Part shown: positions 44,402-58,545 of the stretch, in pieces
Numbering within the stretch: the stretch's first letter is position 1
Layout: each line of letters starts with the position of its first letter
DNA from: the human T2T-CHM13v2.0 reference genome, Homo sapiens
Length of the DNA: 64,000 nt
Assembly: GCF_009914755.1 (NCBI RefSeq)
Contig: NC_060928.1
Direction: 5' to 3' (one strand)
Made by a program: the position numbers and the translations under genes
The notes under the pieces: generated by a model
Told to the model about the DNA's origin: nothing
Seen by the model: the letters and a program-made list of their open reading frames with translations, nothing else
Databases searched by the model: none

Positions 44402-46225
44402 ATCCCATTTGTCAATTCTTGGCTTTTGTTGCCATTGCTTTTGGTGTTTTAGTCATGAAGTCCTTGTCCATGCCTGTGTCATGAATCGTATTGCATAGGT
44501 TTTCTTCTAGGGTTTTTATGGTTTTAGGTCTAACATGTAAGTCTTTAATCCATCTCGAATTAATTTTTATGTAAGGTGTAAGGAAGGGATCCAGTTTCAG
44601 CTTTCTACATATAGCTAGCCAGTTTTCCCAGACCATTTATTAAAAAGGGAATCCTTTCCCTATTTCTTGTTTTTGTCAGGTTTGTCAAAGATCAGATGGT
44701 TGTTGATGTGTTACTTCTGAGGACTTTGTTCTGTTCCATGGGTCTATGTATCTGTTTTGGTACCAGTGCCATGCTGTTTTGGTTACTGTAGCCTTGTAGT
44801 ATAGTTTGAAGTCAGGTCGCATGATGCCTCCAGCTTTTTTCTTTTTGCTTAGGATTGTCTTGGCAATGTGGACTCTTTTTTGGTTCCATATGAACTTTAA
44901 AGTAGTTTTTTCCAATTCTGTGAAGAAAGTCATTGATAGCTTGATGGGTATGGCATTGAATCTATAAATTACCTTGGGCGGTACGGCCATTTTCATGATA
45001 CTGATTCTTCCTATCCATGGGCATGGAATATTCTTCCATTTGTTTGTGTCCTCTTTTATTTTGTTGAGCCGTGGTTTGTAGTTGTCCTTGAAGAGGTCCT
45101 TCACATCCCATGTAAGTTGGATTCCTAGGTACTTTATTCTCTTTGAAGCAATTGTGAATGGGAGTTCACTCATGATTTGGCTCTGTGTGTCTGTTCTTGG
45201 TGTATAGGAATGCTGGTGATTTTTGCACATTCATTTTTGTATCCTGAGAGTTTGCTGAAGTTGCTTATCAGCTTAAGGAGATTTTGGGCTGAGATGATGG
45301 GGTTTTCTAAATATACAGTCATGTCATCTGCAGACAGGAACAATTTGACTTCCTCTTTTCCTAATCGAATACACTTTATTTCTTTCTCTTGCCTGATTGC
45401 CCTGGTCAGAACTTCCAACACTGTATTGAATAGGAGTGGTGAGAGAGGGCATCCCTGTCTTGTGCCAGTTTTCAAAGGGAATGCTTCCAATTTTTGCCCA
45501 TTCAGTATGATATTGACTATGGGTTTGTCATAAATAGCTCTTATTATTTTGAGATACATCTCATCAATACCTAGTTTACTGAGAGTTTTTAGCATGAAAG
45601 GGTGTTGGATTTTGTCGAAGGCCTTTTCTGCATCTATTGAGATAATCATGGGGTTTTTGTCCTTGGTTCTGTTTTTGTGATAGATTAAGTTTATTGATTT
45701 GTGTATGTTGAACCAGCCTTGCATCCCAGGGATGAAGCCAACTTGATCGTGGTGGATAAGCTTTGGTATCAGGATGATGCTGGCCTCATAAAATGAGTTA
45801 GGAAGGATTCCTTCTTTTTCTATTGATTGTAATAGTTTCAGAAGGAATGGTACCAGCTCTTCTTTGTACCTCTGGTAGAATTCAGCTGTGAATTCCTCTG
45901 GTCCTGGACTTTTTTTGGTTGGTAGGCTATTAATTATTGCCTCAATTTCAGAACCTCTTATTGGTCTATTCAGAGATTCAACTTCTTCCTGGTTTAGTCT
46001 TGGGAGGGTGTATGTGTCCAGGAATTTATCCATTTCTTCTAGATTTTCTAGTTTATTTGCATAGAGGTGTTTATAGTATTCTCTGATGGTAGTTTGTATT
46101 TCTGTGGGATCAGTGGTGATATCCCCTTTATCATTTTTTATTGCGTCTACTTGATTCTTCTCTCTCTTCTTCTTTATTAGTCTTGCTAGCAGTCTAGCAA
46201 TTTTGTTGATCTTTCCAAAAAACTA

Positions 46226-46351
<126 letters not shown>

Positions 46352-48987
46352 TTATTTTAATTGTGATGTTAGGGTGTCAATTTTAGATCTTTCTTGCTGT
46401 CTCTTGTGGGCATTTAGTGCTGTAAATTTCCCTCCACACATTGCTTTAAATGTGTCCCAGAGATTCTGGTACCTTGTGTCTTTGTTCTCATTGGTTTCAA
46501 AGAACATCTTTATTTCTGCCTTCACTTTGTTATTTACCCAGTAGTCATTCAGGAGCACGTTGTTCAGTTTCCATGTAGTTGCGTGGTTTTGAATGAGTTT
46601 CTTAATCCTGAGTTCTAATTTGATTGCACTGTGTTCTGAGAGACAGTTTGTTGTGATTTCTGTTCTTTTATATTTGCTGAGGAGTGCTTTACTTCCAACT
46701 ATGGTCAATTTTGGAGTAAGTGTGACGTGGTTCTGAGAAGAATGTATATTCTGTTGCTTTGGGGTGGAGAGTTCTGTAGGTGTCTATTAGGTCTGCTTGG
46801 TCCAGAGCTGAGTTTAAGTCCTGGATATCCTTGTTAATATTCTGGCTTGTTGATCTAATATTGGCAGTTGGGTGTTAAAGTCTGCCACTACTATTGTATG
46901 GGAGTCTAAGTCTCTTTGTAGGTCTCTAAGAACTTGCTTTATGGATCTGGGTGCTCCTGTATTGGGTGCATATATATTTAGGATAGTTAGCTCTTCTTGT
47001 TCAATCGATTCCTTTACCATTAGGCAATGGCCTTCTTTGTCTCTTTTGATCTTTGCTGGTTTAAAGTCTGTTTTATCAGAGACTAGGATTGCAACCCCTA
47101 CTTTTTTCCTGCTTTCCATTTGCTTGGTAGATCTTCCTCCATCCCTTTATTTTGAGCCTGTGTGTGTCTCTGCATGTGAGATGGGTCTCCTGAATACAGC
47201 ACACTGATGGGTCTTGAATCTTTATTCAATTTGCCAGTCTGTGTCTTTTAATTGGGGCATTTAGCCCTTTTACATTTAAGATTAATATTGTTGTATGTGA
47301 ATTTGATCCTGTCATTATGATGTTAGCTGGTTATTTTACCCGTTAGTTGATGCAGTTTCTTCCTAGCATTGATGAGCTTTACAATTTGGCATGTTTTTGC
47401 AGTGGCTGGTACTGGTTGTTCTTTTCCATGTTTAGTGCTTCCTTCAGGAGCTCTTTCAAGGCAGGCCTGGTGGTGACAAAATCTCTCAGCATTTGCTTGT
47501 GTGTAAAGGATTTTATTTTTCCTTCACTTATGAAGCTTAGTTTGGCTGGATATGAAATTCTGGGTTCAAAATTCTTTTCTTTAAGAATGTTGAATATTGG
47601 CCCCCACTGTTTTCTGGCTTGTAGAGTTTCTGCCGAGAGATCGGCTGTTAGTCTGATGGGCTTCCCTTTGTGGGTAACCTGACCTTTCTGGCTGCCCTTA
47701 ACATTTTTTCTTTCATTTCAACATTGGTGAGTCTGACAATTATGTGTCTTGGGGTTGCTCTTCTTGAGGAGTATCTTTGTGGCATTCTCTGTGTTTCCTG
47801 AATCTGAATGTTGTCCTGCCTTGCTAGGTTGGGGAAGTTCTCCTGGATAATATCCTAAAGAGTGTTTTCGTTTTCCAACTTGGTTCCATTCTCCCTGTCA
47901 CTTTCAGGTACACCAATCAGACGTAGATTTGGTCTTTTACCATAGTCCCATATTTCTTGGAGGCTTTGTTTATTTCTTTTTACACTTTTTTCTCTAAACG
48001 TCTCTTCTTGTTTTATTTCATTAATTTGATCTTCAATCACTGATACCCTTGCTTCCACTTGATCGAATTGGCTATTGAAGCTTGTGTGTGTGTCACATGG
48101 TTCTCGTGCCATGGTTTTCAGTTCCATCAGGTCATTTAAGGTCTTCTCTACACTGTTTATTCTAGTTGGCCATTTGTCTAATCTTTTTTCAAGGTTTTTA
48201 GCTTCCTTGCGATGGGTTCGAACATCCTTCTTTAGCTCGGAGTAGTTTGTTATTACTGACCTTCTGAAGCCTACTTCTGTCAGCTTCTCAAAGTCATTCT
48301 CCGTCCAGCTTTGTTCTGTTGCTGGTGAGGCGTGTGATCCTTTGGAAGAGCAGAGGTGCTCTGATTTTTAGAATTTTCAGCTTTTCTGCTCTGGTTTCTC
48401 CCCATCTTTGTGGTTTTATTTACGTTTGGTCTTTGATGTTGGTGACCTACAGATGGGGTTTTGGTGTGGATGTCCTTTTTGTTGATGTTGATGCTATTCC
48501 TTTCTGTTTGTTAGTTTTCCTTCTAACAGTCAGGTCCCTCAGCTGCAGGTCTGTTGGAGTTTGCTGGAGGTCCACTCCAGACCCTGTTTGCCTGGGTATC
48601 ACTAGCAGAGGCTGCAGAACAGCAAATATTGCTGCCTGATCCTTCCTCTGGAAGCTTTGCCCCAGAAGGGCAGCTGCCTATATGAGGTGTCAGTCGGCCC
48701 CTACTGGGAGGTGTCTCCCAGTTAGGCTACACGGAGGTCAGGGACCCACTTGAGGAGGCAGTCTGTCCTTTCTCCCAGCTCAAACACCGTGCTGGGAGAA
48801 CTACTGCTCTCTTCAGAGCTGTCAGAGAGGGACGTTTAAGTCTGCAGAGTTTCTGATGCCTTTTATTCAGCTATGCCCTGTTCCCAGAGGTGGAGTCTAC
48901 AGAGGCAGCAGGCCTTGCTGAGCTGCGGTGGGCTCTGCCCAGTTTGAGATTCCTGGGCTGCTTTGTTTACCTACTCAAGCCTCAGCA

Positions 48988-49320
48988 ATGGCGGATGCCC
49001 CTCCCCCTGCCAGGCTGCTGCCTCATAAGTCGATCTCAGACTGCTGCGCTAGCAGTGAGCAAGGCTCCATGGGCGTGGGACCCACTGAGCCAGGCACAGG
49101 ATATAATCTCCTGGTGTGCCATTTGCTAAGACTGTTGGAAAAGTGCAGTATTTGGGCGAGAGTGTCCCGTTTTTCTGGGTACCGTCTGTCACGGCTTCCG
49201 TTGACTAGGAAAGGGAAATCCCCTGACCCCTTGTGCTTCCCGGGTGAGGCGATGCCCTGCCCTGATTCGGCTTGGCCTCCATGGGCTGTACCCACTGTCC
49301 AACCAGTCCCAATGAGATGA
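48988..49320 (+). other. L1 ORF0-like antisense ORF, 110 aa, extended past the usual stop
   Basis: MADAPPPARL..ISDCCAS..GVGPTEPG resembles ORF0 (MAGAPPPASLPPCSLISDCCAS...); context GCAATGG. Confidence 0.75.
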
Positions 49321-52300
49321 GCCAGGTACCTCAGTTGGAAATGCAGAAATCACCCGTCTTCTGCGTCAATCACGCTGGGAGCTGCAGACTGGAGCTGTTC
49401 CTATTCGTCCATCTTGGAACGGAAATCCAAAAAACTTTTTTTAAAAAATTACTTTTACAGGTTTGAAACAAGTTTATAGGAAATCAGAATATTATCTTTA
49501 AAAAAAGGTTCTAGATTTTAGTAAGAAACAATCATAAAGTAACATTTATAAAACTGTTTTAAGTGTTGCATAAGTATTGAGATCAAAACCTTAACTTTTT
49601 CTAAGAAATAGACTCATAAAAATAAGAGATATAGGCCTATCCTGGAAGCTTTGTAAATTAATTCAAAAGTCTTTTCTCAGATGTTGTAAGTAATAATTGG
49701 GCTGTCTTAATGCACTGAAAAAATAACAGTCGAAATGAAAACTTGATAGCTATTTCATAGATTTGAAATAATTAGAAGCAAAATTCTAAGTGGTTAGTAG
49801 CTATAATATAATTTAAAATACAGAAACCTTAAAGTGTTGCGTTAAGTATCTAATGGACAGTGCTGAAAAGATTCATTTGTTTCTCTTTTAAGGAGTTAGT
49901 TGTAACTACTTAGTTTTGCAGTAGCCTTTATCTTCACAACTGTAGAAGCCACATTAAAATTTTATGATGGCCTCTTCACATTAGTGTCCTAACTGAAGGG
50001 CAAGGTAGGATTGTGGCTGAACTGACAAGAATATATCTTTAACAATGTGCCATCTATTTATCATTGTTTAAAAATATTCATGCTAAAGAATGACACGCTG
50101 AAGTGAGAGTGAAATTTTGCAACCAATGGATGTGTTTCTCATTTTGCGGTGGTGATGCAAATTGTCAGGTAACTCATTCTGTGTCCTTGGGCAGCAGCCG
50201 AGAAATTGCTGTGTGACTGCAGTGAGAATGAGCTCGGTATTTGAGTCACTGAATTCAGTTGCATCTTACTCTGTGCCAGCTAATCTGACATTTCAGTGTT
50301 TCCTGTGGAGATTTTGATGTTTGCATTCTGATGCTAAAACTGTCAGCTTTTAGCAAAGTTTGATATTGGAAATGGCTAATATCATTTGAAAAAAAATTTT
50401 GTTTTGCTGCCACTCTCACCCCCACCAAATTGAAGATTCCATCTGCTATTTTATCTCTTATGAAGGGTTACATTTCTTAGTTCAGTATCAGCAAAAATTT
50501 CTCTCCTGAAAAACTGACATCTTTCTTTTAGATAATGAATATAAATAAGTCAGCCTGACCTTTTTCCCTGTCATGTGTATCAAGAAGACAAGGGCCAAGT
50601 TTTATGCTTCACTCTGATAGCTTAGTCTACACCATCAAATCTTGGCTTTTGTTTTCAGTTCTAGTAAATCCATATTTTTGTGGGGACTAAATTGGATATA
50701 AAGAATGATTGATAAAAAGGAAGTGTAATAGAATTTTTCATACAACCTGGTAAACCATTTTTGAAATTCATTGGTAAAAGGATAGAACAGTCTAGAAAAT
50801 TCTGAAAAAAAAATAATGAGAAGGGACTTGTCCTAACAGAAGTCATTAAGGTAACCATAATTAACACAGGGCAGCATTGAATATATTGTGCTTTTTGAAA
50901 TTATTTTTGTGTAACTATGTTGGCATCCTTCTGATGGTCCTCCAAGTGAGAGCTACTGGTGTCTTTACAGATTTCTTTGTAAGGTAGAACCTGAAGTATA
51001 AGGTCTTTACTCAGTTCTTTTGCCTCAAGGTGCAGACCATGCCCGGCCCAGTAGTTCCTCCTTGTGTGAATGAGTAGGGTGGATGTTCCCAGAGAACCCT
51101 GATTGCCAGAAGGCAAGGCAGAACTAGTTTGACTGCTTGGTTTAGCTCATCATCTACACTCTGGCATTTGTCTCCCCTCTAGGAATAACTTTCCAGGGAG
51201 TTTACTGAAAACTTGGTTTACTCTAACCCAGGAAGTGCTTCCCGTCTCTCTGCAAACATGAATCCTGTGCTGGATACTTCAGCCTTCACCCACTTACTTT
51301 AGAGCAGTAGAGAAAGCCCTTAGGTTTAGGGATCTTGGGCAGAATCCTATAAATAACATTCGTTTTACTTGCCATCCTCCGTGCTGGGATGTGGAAACGG
51401 AGACACAGAGACAGATTGTTTTATTGAATTGAGTCCCTTCAGTAGTGTTCACACAAATTCCTGGTTAAGCTTTAATGGCAGCTTACTGAAATCAGCATAT
51501 TTCTGGTGATGGTTTTTTCTCTCTCTCTCCTTCCTTTTAGATCTGACCAGTAGGATCTATGAGAGGAGGGATTACATCCTGTTTACTGTTGTATCCTCAG
51601 GGGGTGGCAGGTTGCCTGGCACAGAGTGGGTGCTCCGTGCATACTATTCACCTGACTGACTTTTGTCCGTCTGCCTGACCATGCAGGAATCCTCACACTT
51701 CTTTATCAGACATGGCTTTTATTTAGAACTGCCTTATCATATCTTAGATAAGAATGCTAGGAACATCTTGTGTTTCTTTCCTCTAGTTGATACAGATCCA
51801 AAAAATTACCATCAACCAATTTGTCTAGTGGTAAGCTCTCTACGTTGTTCCTTTTTTTAACTAGGGAGGAATATTCTTCAATTAAGACAAATTCATATCA
51901 ATTATCTGTTTCATTTTTGTTATTTTGTGAGAAAGGCATATTCTTAAAAGTTGACTTTTTTAAGGCCATTAGAATTATGCTAGAAATAATCGTTAATTTT
52001 TTAATTCTAAGAGTAATAACCCTATAATCCTCAATTTCTTTGCCAATTTTGTGTAAAACTGGGATATATTTGGAAGTATTTCATGATCAGTATGGTGTTT
52101 ACAATTGTCATTGCTCTATAATTGGCTTACCCTTTTGCTTTTCTTTGCTTATAGTTTAAATACTTTCTACTCCAGTTTTGAAACACTGATGAGAATAGTG
52201 AAAACTAAATCCAATGCCATTTCCGTGTGTTATCTAGCTGTTTTATGGGATTTTAAAAATTGAGCTTCTTTTTATTAATAATTGGAAAGCCCATGTAAAA

Positions 52301-53007
52301 GGAGTTAAAAAAATTGAGTTTTTAAAATTTAGTTTTTATTATCAGGTTTATATGTGCATACATTACAAGTCAAATAGTTGTATAAATTGCTATGAAAAAC
52401 AGCGGACTTCCATGCACTCCTTAAAAGCAATCACTTACTACTGTTAGCTGGTAAGTTTTACTTACCTTCATGGCTCTGAATGATAACGCTTCTGTTGCTG
52501 TCACTTGATATTTCAGTTTTAGGCATTTTCTGTTGACCTCTATAGAAGATGAGGATTTAGCTCTTTTCACTCCTGCCCCATGCTTGTCTCCCCTTTCTCT
52601 CTATAAAGTGTTATCATAATCTTAGCTTAGTATTCAGGGTTTATTTTGTTGTGACTACATAAAGGCTATTCACTGGTGAGACATGTAGAAAACCATGATT
52701 ACCTTGTCTTTTCTACACAAGGTAATCATGTCTTGTCAGAAGTTAAAAATTGTTGGTATGCATGCACCCACATTTGCAATTAGTTTCTCTTCATACCACT
52801 TAGTAATTCAATCTCAAAATCTCAAATGTTCCTTCAGCTGTGTAAATCTCCTCTCAATACATTGAAACTCGTTGGAAATTCTTTCAGTTTTATCTTAAAG
52901 AAATCTTCCCTGAAGCCTTCTGACATGCCTTTCCTGTCTACTGCACAGCTGCCACTTTGTTCTCTCCTTTTCACCATCGTCCTCTCTCATGTTAAATGTT
53001 AAAATTC

Positions 53008-53329
<322 letters not shown>

Positions 53330-53488
53330 TAGACTTTGTTGGTTCAGTCACTCAATTTGGTAGAAGACCTCTTTCAGTAGACTTGGGGGAGGGGGAAGTA
53401 TATATATGAGTGGTATACATTTTTCAAAGACAACAGTGGGTAGTTTAGTTGCATTGACTACATCAATAACTAGAGAGAGAATTTTTGA

Positions 53489-53821
<333 letters not shown>

Positions 53822-53936
53822 TCTCGAGTATTTTCTTAACTTGATCTTTTAAATGTTCTTTTGAGGTTTCTCTTTATGCTGTTTTAATTCTTTAATTTCC
53901 AAGAACTATACTTTATTTGCTGAATTTCCTCCTTTA

Positions 53937-54318
<382 letters not shown>

Positions 54319-56277
54319 TCATGTTTGAAACCAACAACTCCAGTGCCACACTTAAGGTTATGTTCTCATCTTCCACATTTCTGTAACTGATTATCTAACA
54401 GGAGGAACCTGTCAGCCATTATTTCACTATATTTAATCATTTACTCCAGCCTAGAATACACAGAAAGTAGTAGTTTTAAACTGTTATTCCATACCACTGC
54501 AAAAAGTAAATCTACTCTAGTTCCATACTTGTTTATAGTTCTTTTTAAAATAAAATTTTAAATGAAATACATGTATCCTATGTGCACACTTTCAGGAGTT
54601 TTGACAATACACAGACCTATTAACTCATACTTCTATAAAGATATAAAACATTTCCATCACACCAGCAAGTTCTCTCATGCTTTCTCTTAGCCATGGAGAG
54701 AATTTGAAAGCTCTAATATACACACAGATATTTTGAGAGTAACAGACTCAGAAAAAAACATGTTTAAGGTATGTTCTGTTATAAATTCCTTTTTACGCAT
54801 TTACTTGGGAGACACCACTCATGATTTAATTTTTTCTTCAGTTATTTCTAGATAACAGACAAATGCTTCTTTCAGTGCTGAAAATTCCAATGCTCACTTC
54901 AAGGCTAGAGCAAGTTGGCTCTGTGTGTGTACAAATATAAATGCGTGCATCTTTCTCGTGTGTTAGCAGGGATGGGATGTAGTGAAAAGGGGCAGTTAGG
55001 ATGATACCCAAAGGTATATCAGGAATCTTATTTCGTGTCAATCAATACCTTTTTACGTAATTTAAAAAAGAGTTCTCCCTAAAGATTGGATGAGTCTATA
55101 GGGAATCACTCGGATAATAAGAAACAGTATAGTCCAGTCTTTGGTTGTAAAGTAACCTTGGGAAAAGATACCCAATGTCAGTTATTTCCAGTTTTCCCAT
55201 GGAGTTGGGGAAAGCACCTACTGGAACTTTAAGCCCCACTTGATGCAGCCCTGTTGCCTTTTTCAAGCATGTCTAAGACAGAGTGATTCAGAGACTGGAT
55301 GATTATCTGAGATCACGCTGGGCCTTCTGAAAAGTGTGTCCATTCCTTTCTGTATCTGCATGTATGATGATCCACAGGTAAAGTGCCCAAAATATGAAAT
55401 GAATATTTTTAGTGAAATTTGTTTAGAACACCAAGTGAATATTCTTACTCAGAAAGAAGGAAAAGACTTACTTGAAAAGCAGCTCTATAATTAAGAAAAC
55501 CTGATTATCTTAACATTGCCAATGCAACATACCCTTACATCTCCCACTTTGGATCTAGTCATAAAAGCAAGCTAATTATGTCGCATTAGAAGTTTCAGCT
55601 ATTTTGATTTTTTCTTTATTTCATCATCTTTAGTAATAAAATATAATACATTTTTTCCAGATCATTTAGCTCAATTTCTCCCAGGCATCATATCATAGAT
55701 ATGAAGTCAATGGGCAGAATTTAAGTCTGTGTAAATTTTCCTAGTGCTGCCTCTGTGCCTTTCGGATGCTATATAGTCCAGTCAGTCCAAGGGTAATGTT
55801 AGCACTCTAGAAGTACTTGTCACCTTGACTTGTTCCTTGACATGAATTATTGGCAAAGGGTTACTCAGTCTCACTAGAGAAGAAAAGCCTGTGGGAAGAG
55901 GTATAGCCTTAGTTCTGGTATAGCTCAATGCTTCCATGCCTGCTGCCTACTAGCCTGTCACTTCTCTTTCAAATTCAGCAGATCCTTGAGAATTTCTAAA
56001 ACAGAGTATTTAGCATGGAATACAGTCTACGTGGATATTGGGCATTCAGTAAATATCTGTCTAAAAAATTGCTTCATAGATTCTGTGAAGGCTGTCAAAA
56101 AGTGTAGTTTTGTTGTGAGGGTTACAGTGGGGTCCAATTTGCATATGTTGTTCAGGAATGTCATAATAGGCCTAGTGGCCTGCTAGCCTCAGATTTCCAA
56201 AGCTTTTCAAGAGAACTGTGAAGGGCACAATGAAGCCCACTGTCATATTACTAGACACTGGTATTAAAAACAGGGAG

Positions 56278-56508
<231 letters not shown>

Positions 56509-56601
56509 TCAATAATCCCTGGAGAGAAAGCCTCAAGAAGACAGAGTAGCTCAGCCTGAAGTGAGGATGGAAGGGAGAGGCCTCCGGAAAAATTCTCTTT
56601 C

Positions 56602-58545
56602 TTTTTTTTTTTTTAAGGAGAGATGTATGGTCTTTATTAAGGTTGCGTGATCCAAACCAGATCCCAAATAATATCAAATACCAAAAAGAGAGAGGCTCAG
56701 CCAGAGAGAAGACTCACCAGGGAAGAACAGGCAAGCCTTGGAAGCAGAGAGCTCAAAGGGCTCTAGTGGGTCCTGCACACCAGTTCCAAGAATTGCCAAT
56801 CCCTTCCAATAGTGTTCTTTTTCAGGTTTCATTTCTGACACCATTTATTCCAACCGAAATAACAAACATTTGGAGAGGAGGTGGTGTAAATTATTCAACT
56901 CGGAAAATATAAATGCAAACATACTAAATAAATTCATTGGGAAATTAGTCCAGTTGATATATGTGGTCATGAATATAAATGAAGACCATGCCTCATGGTT
57001 GTTGGTTTTGTCCCAGCCATGTTCCCTTATTCTGTAGGCATGGAACAGGGAGACGGTTGCCTTCATCTCATACATGTTTGCAGAAAGAAAGTGGGCCAAG
57101 GGAGTGAGGTAGTGCAGGGGAGAGATGATAATTAACCACGGAATCTGCACTAGGTAAAGAAACATGCAAGAGCATGTCAGGGGTGGTGGCTGTAAAAAAA
57201 TGATAGCGTCAATAAACTGGAAGACCTTATCATATCTGAAGAAATATTGGGGTTATTGAAAAGGTGAACTGAAAGAAGAAAGTAATCAAAGAATGGAAAA
57301 TTAGAAAAAGCAATTTGAGCAATAGTACAATTATTGGTGATGATGAGGTCTAGAGCATCATTGTCCAATGATTATTTAAATTTAAATTAAATAAAATAAA
57401 AAATTCAACTCCTCAGTTGCACTAGGCACATTTCAGGTGCAACACAACTATATGTGGCTAGTGGCTACTATATTGGACAGCATAGAGAGAGATTTCCATC
57501 ATCACAGAAGTTCCATAGAATAGCATTGTTTTGGTATGACTGTGGGAGTGAATAGCTGAGGAGAAGAGCAGAAAAGGTTTATTTGAGGTTAGAATGGAGG
57601 AGATTGTAGGGTCATCTTGACCAATGATAAAATCACCAATAATTGAGATAAGAGTAGGGGTGGGGGTAATATCAGAGGGAGCCCTGTTTGTCACCTGGCC
57701 CTTGGGGAGACGAGTTCTAGTGAGGAAATTGTAGAGAAAAGATGAACTTCTGTAAACTTCTGTTTTCCACTAGTCCTTAGGGTCACCACCTAATCATTAG
57801 CATGCCTAGCCCCAGCCCCACCTACCAGTAAGGCCAGCCTCTTATCCTTAACCTGGGGCTGCACTACATTGCTCCCAGGAGAATCAGCCAAATATTGCCT
57901 TTCCATCTAGGTGCTTGCCAAAGAGGAAACTGAGGCATCCCAAACCCCAGCCGACCTTGATTCTAGGTTGACAGAGCAGGGCCCAATAGTCCATCCATAT
58001 GTGCAGAGGTGCCCAGAATCTTCAGGAAGATGGAGCCCAACTGCCTCCCAGATCCCCCGGTGAGAAGAAAATAAGGCTGGGGATGGGAACTGGGATTTCT
58101 GGCTCTGTCTTATATCAGAGCAGACTGGGGCTTCCTATGGCCATTGTCAGTCCAAAACAGGGTCCTTGGACACAGGGGGCAAACCTCACTGAAATTCTTT
58201 CTCAGGGAGAAGAGGAGGCAGCAAGGTCCAAGTCTCAAGAATCCCATTAGCTGGGGGAGCCCATGAGACACACCAGACCAGGTTAGACCTTTAATAGGGA
58301 CAGTAGACACAGTGCCCTTCTTGCCAGCCCTTAGGAGTTGATGATCTCAATGTGGAACTGCAGGTGCCATCCACAGTCCCTTCTCATTATCATCAGCATG
58401 GCAAAGCAGGGAGGACCATGACGGTGCATCCCCATATCACTCTCTAGTGTCTGGTGAGATTTAGCACTTCCTCTCTTCCCTTGACTCGGTGCCTCACAAA
58501 GCCTTAGGAAAAGACACAGATGTCTTTATTTAGGTCTTCTTAAAC
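56602..58545 (-). mobile_element. SVA-mediated 3' transduced segment with its own poly(A) tail
   Basis: T13 at 56602-56614, AATAAA on - at 56638-56633, and bounded by the same TSD as the SVA 5' end. Confidence 0.88.
57354..57530. mobile_element. MER3/MER33-like hAT element inside the transduced segment
   Basis: GCACTAGGCACATTTCAGGTGC...ATGTGGCTAGTGGCTACTATATTGGACAGCA. Confidence 0.75.
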
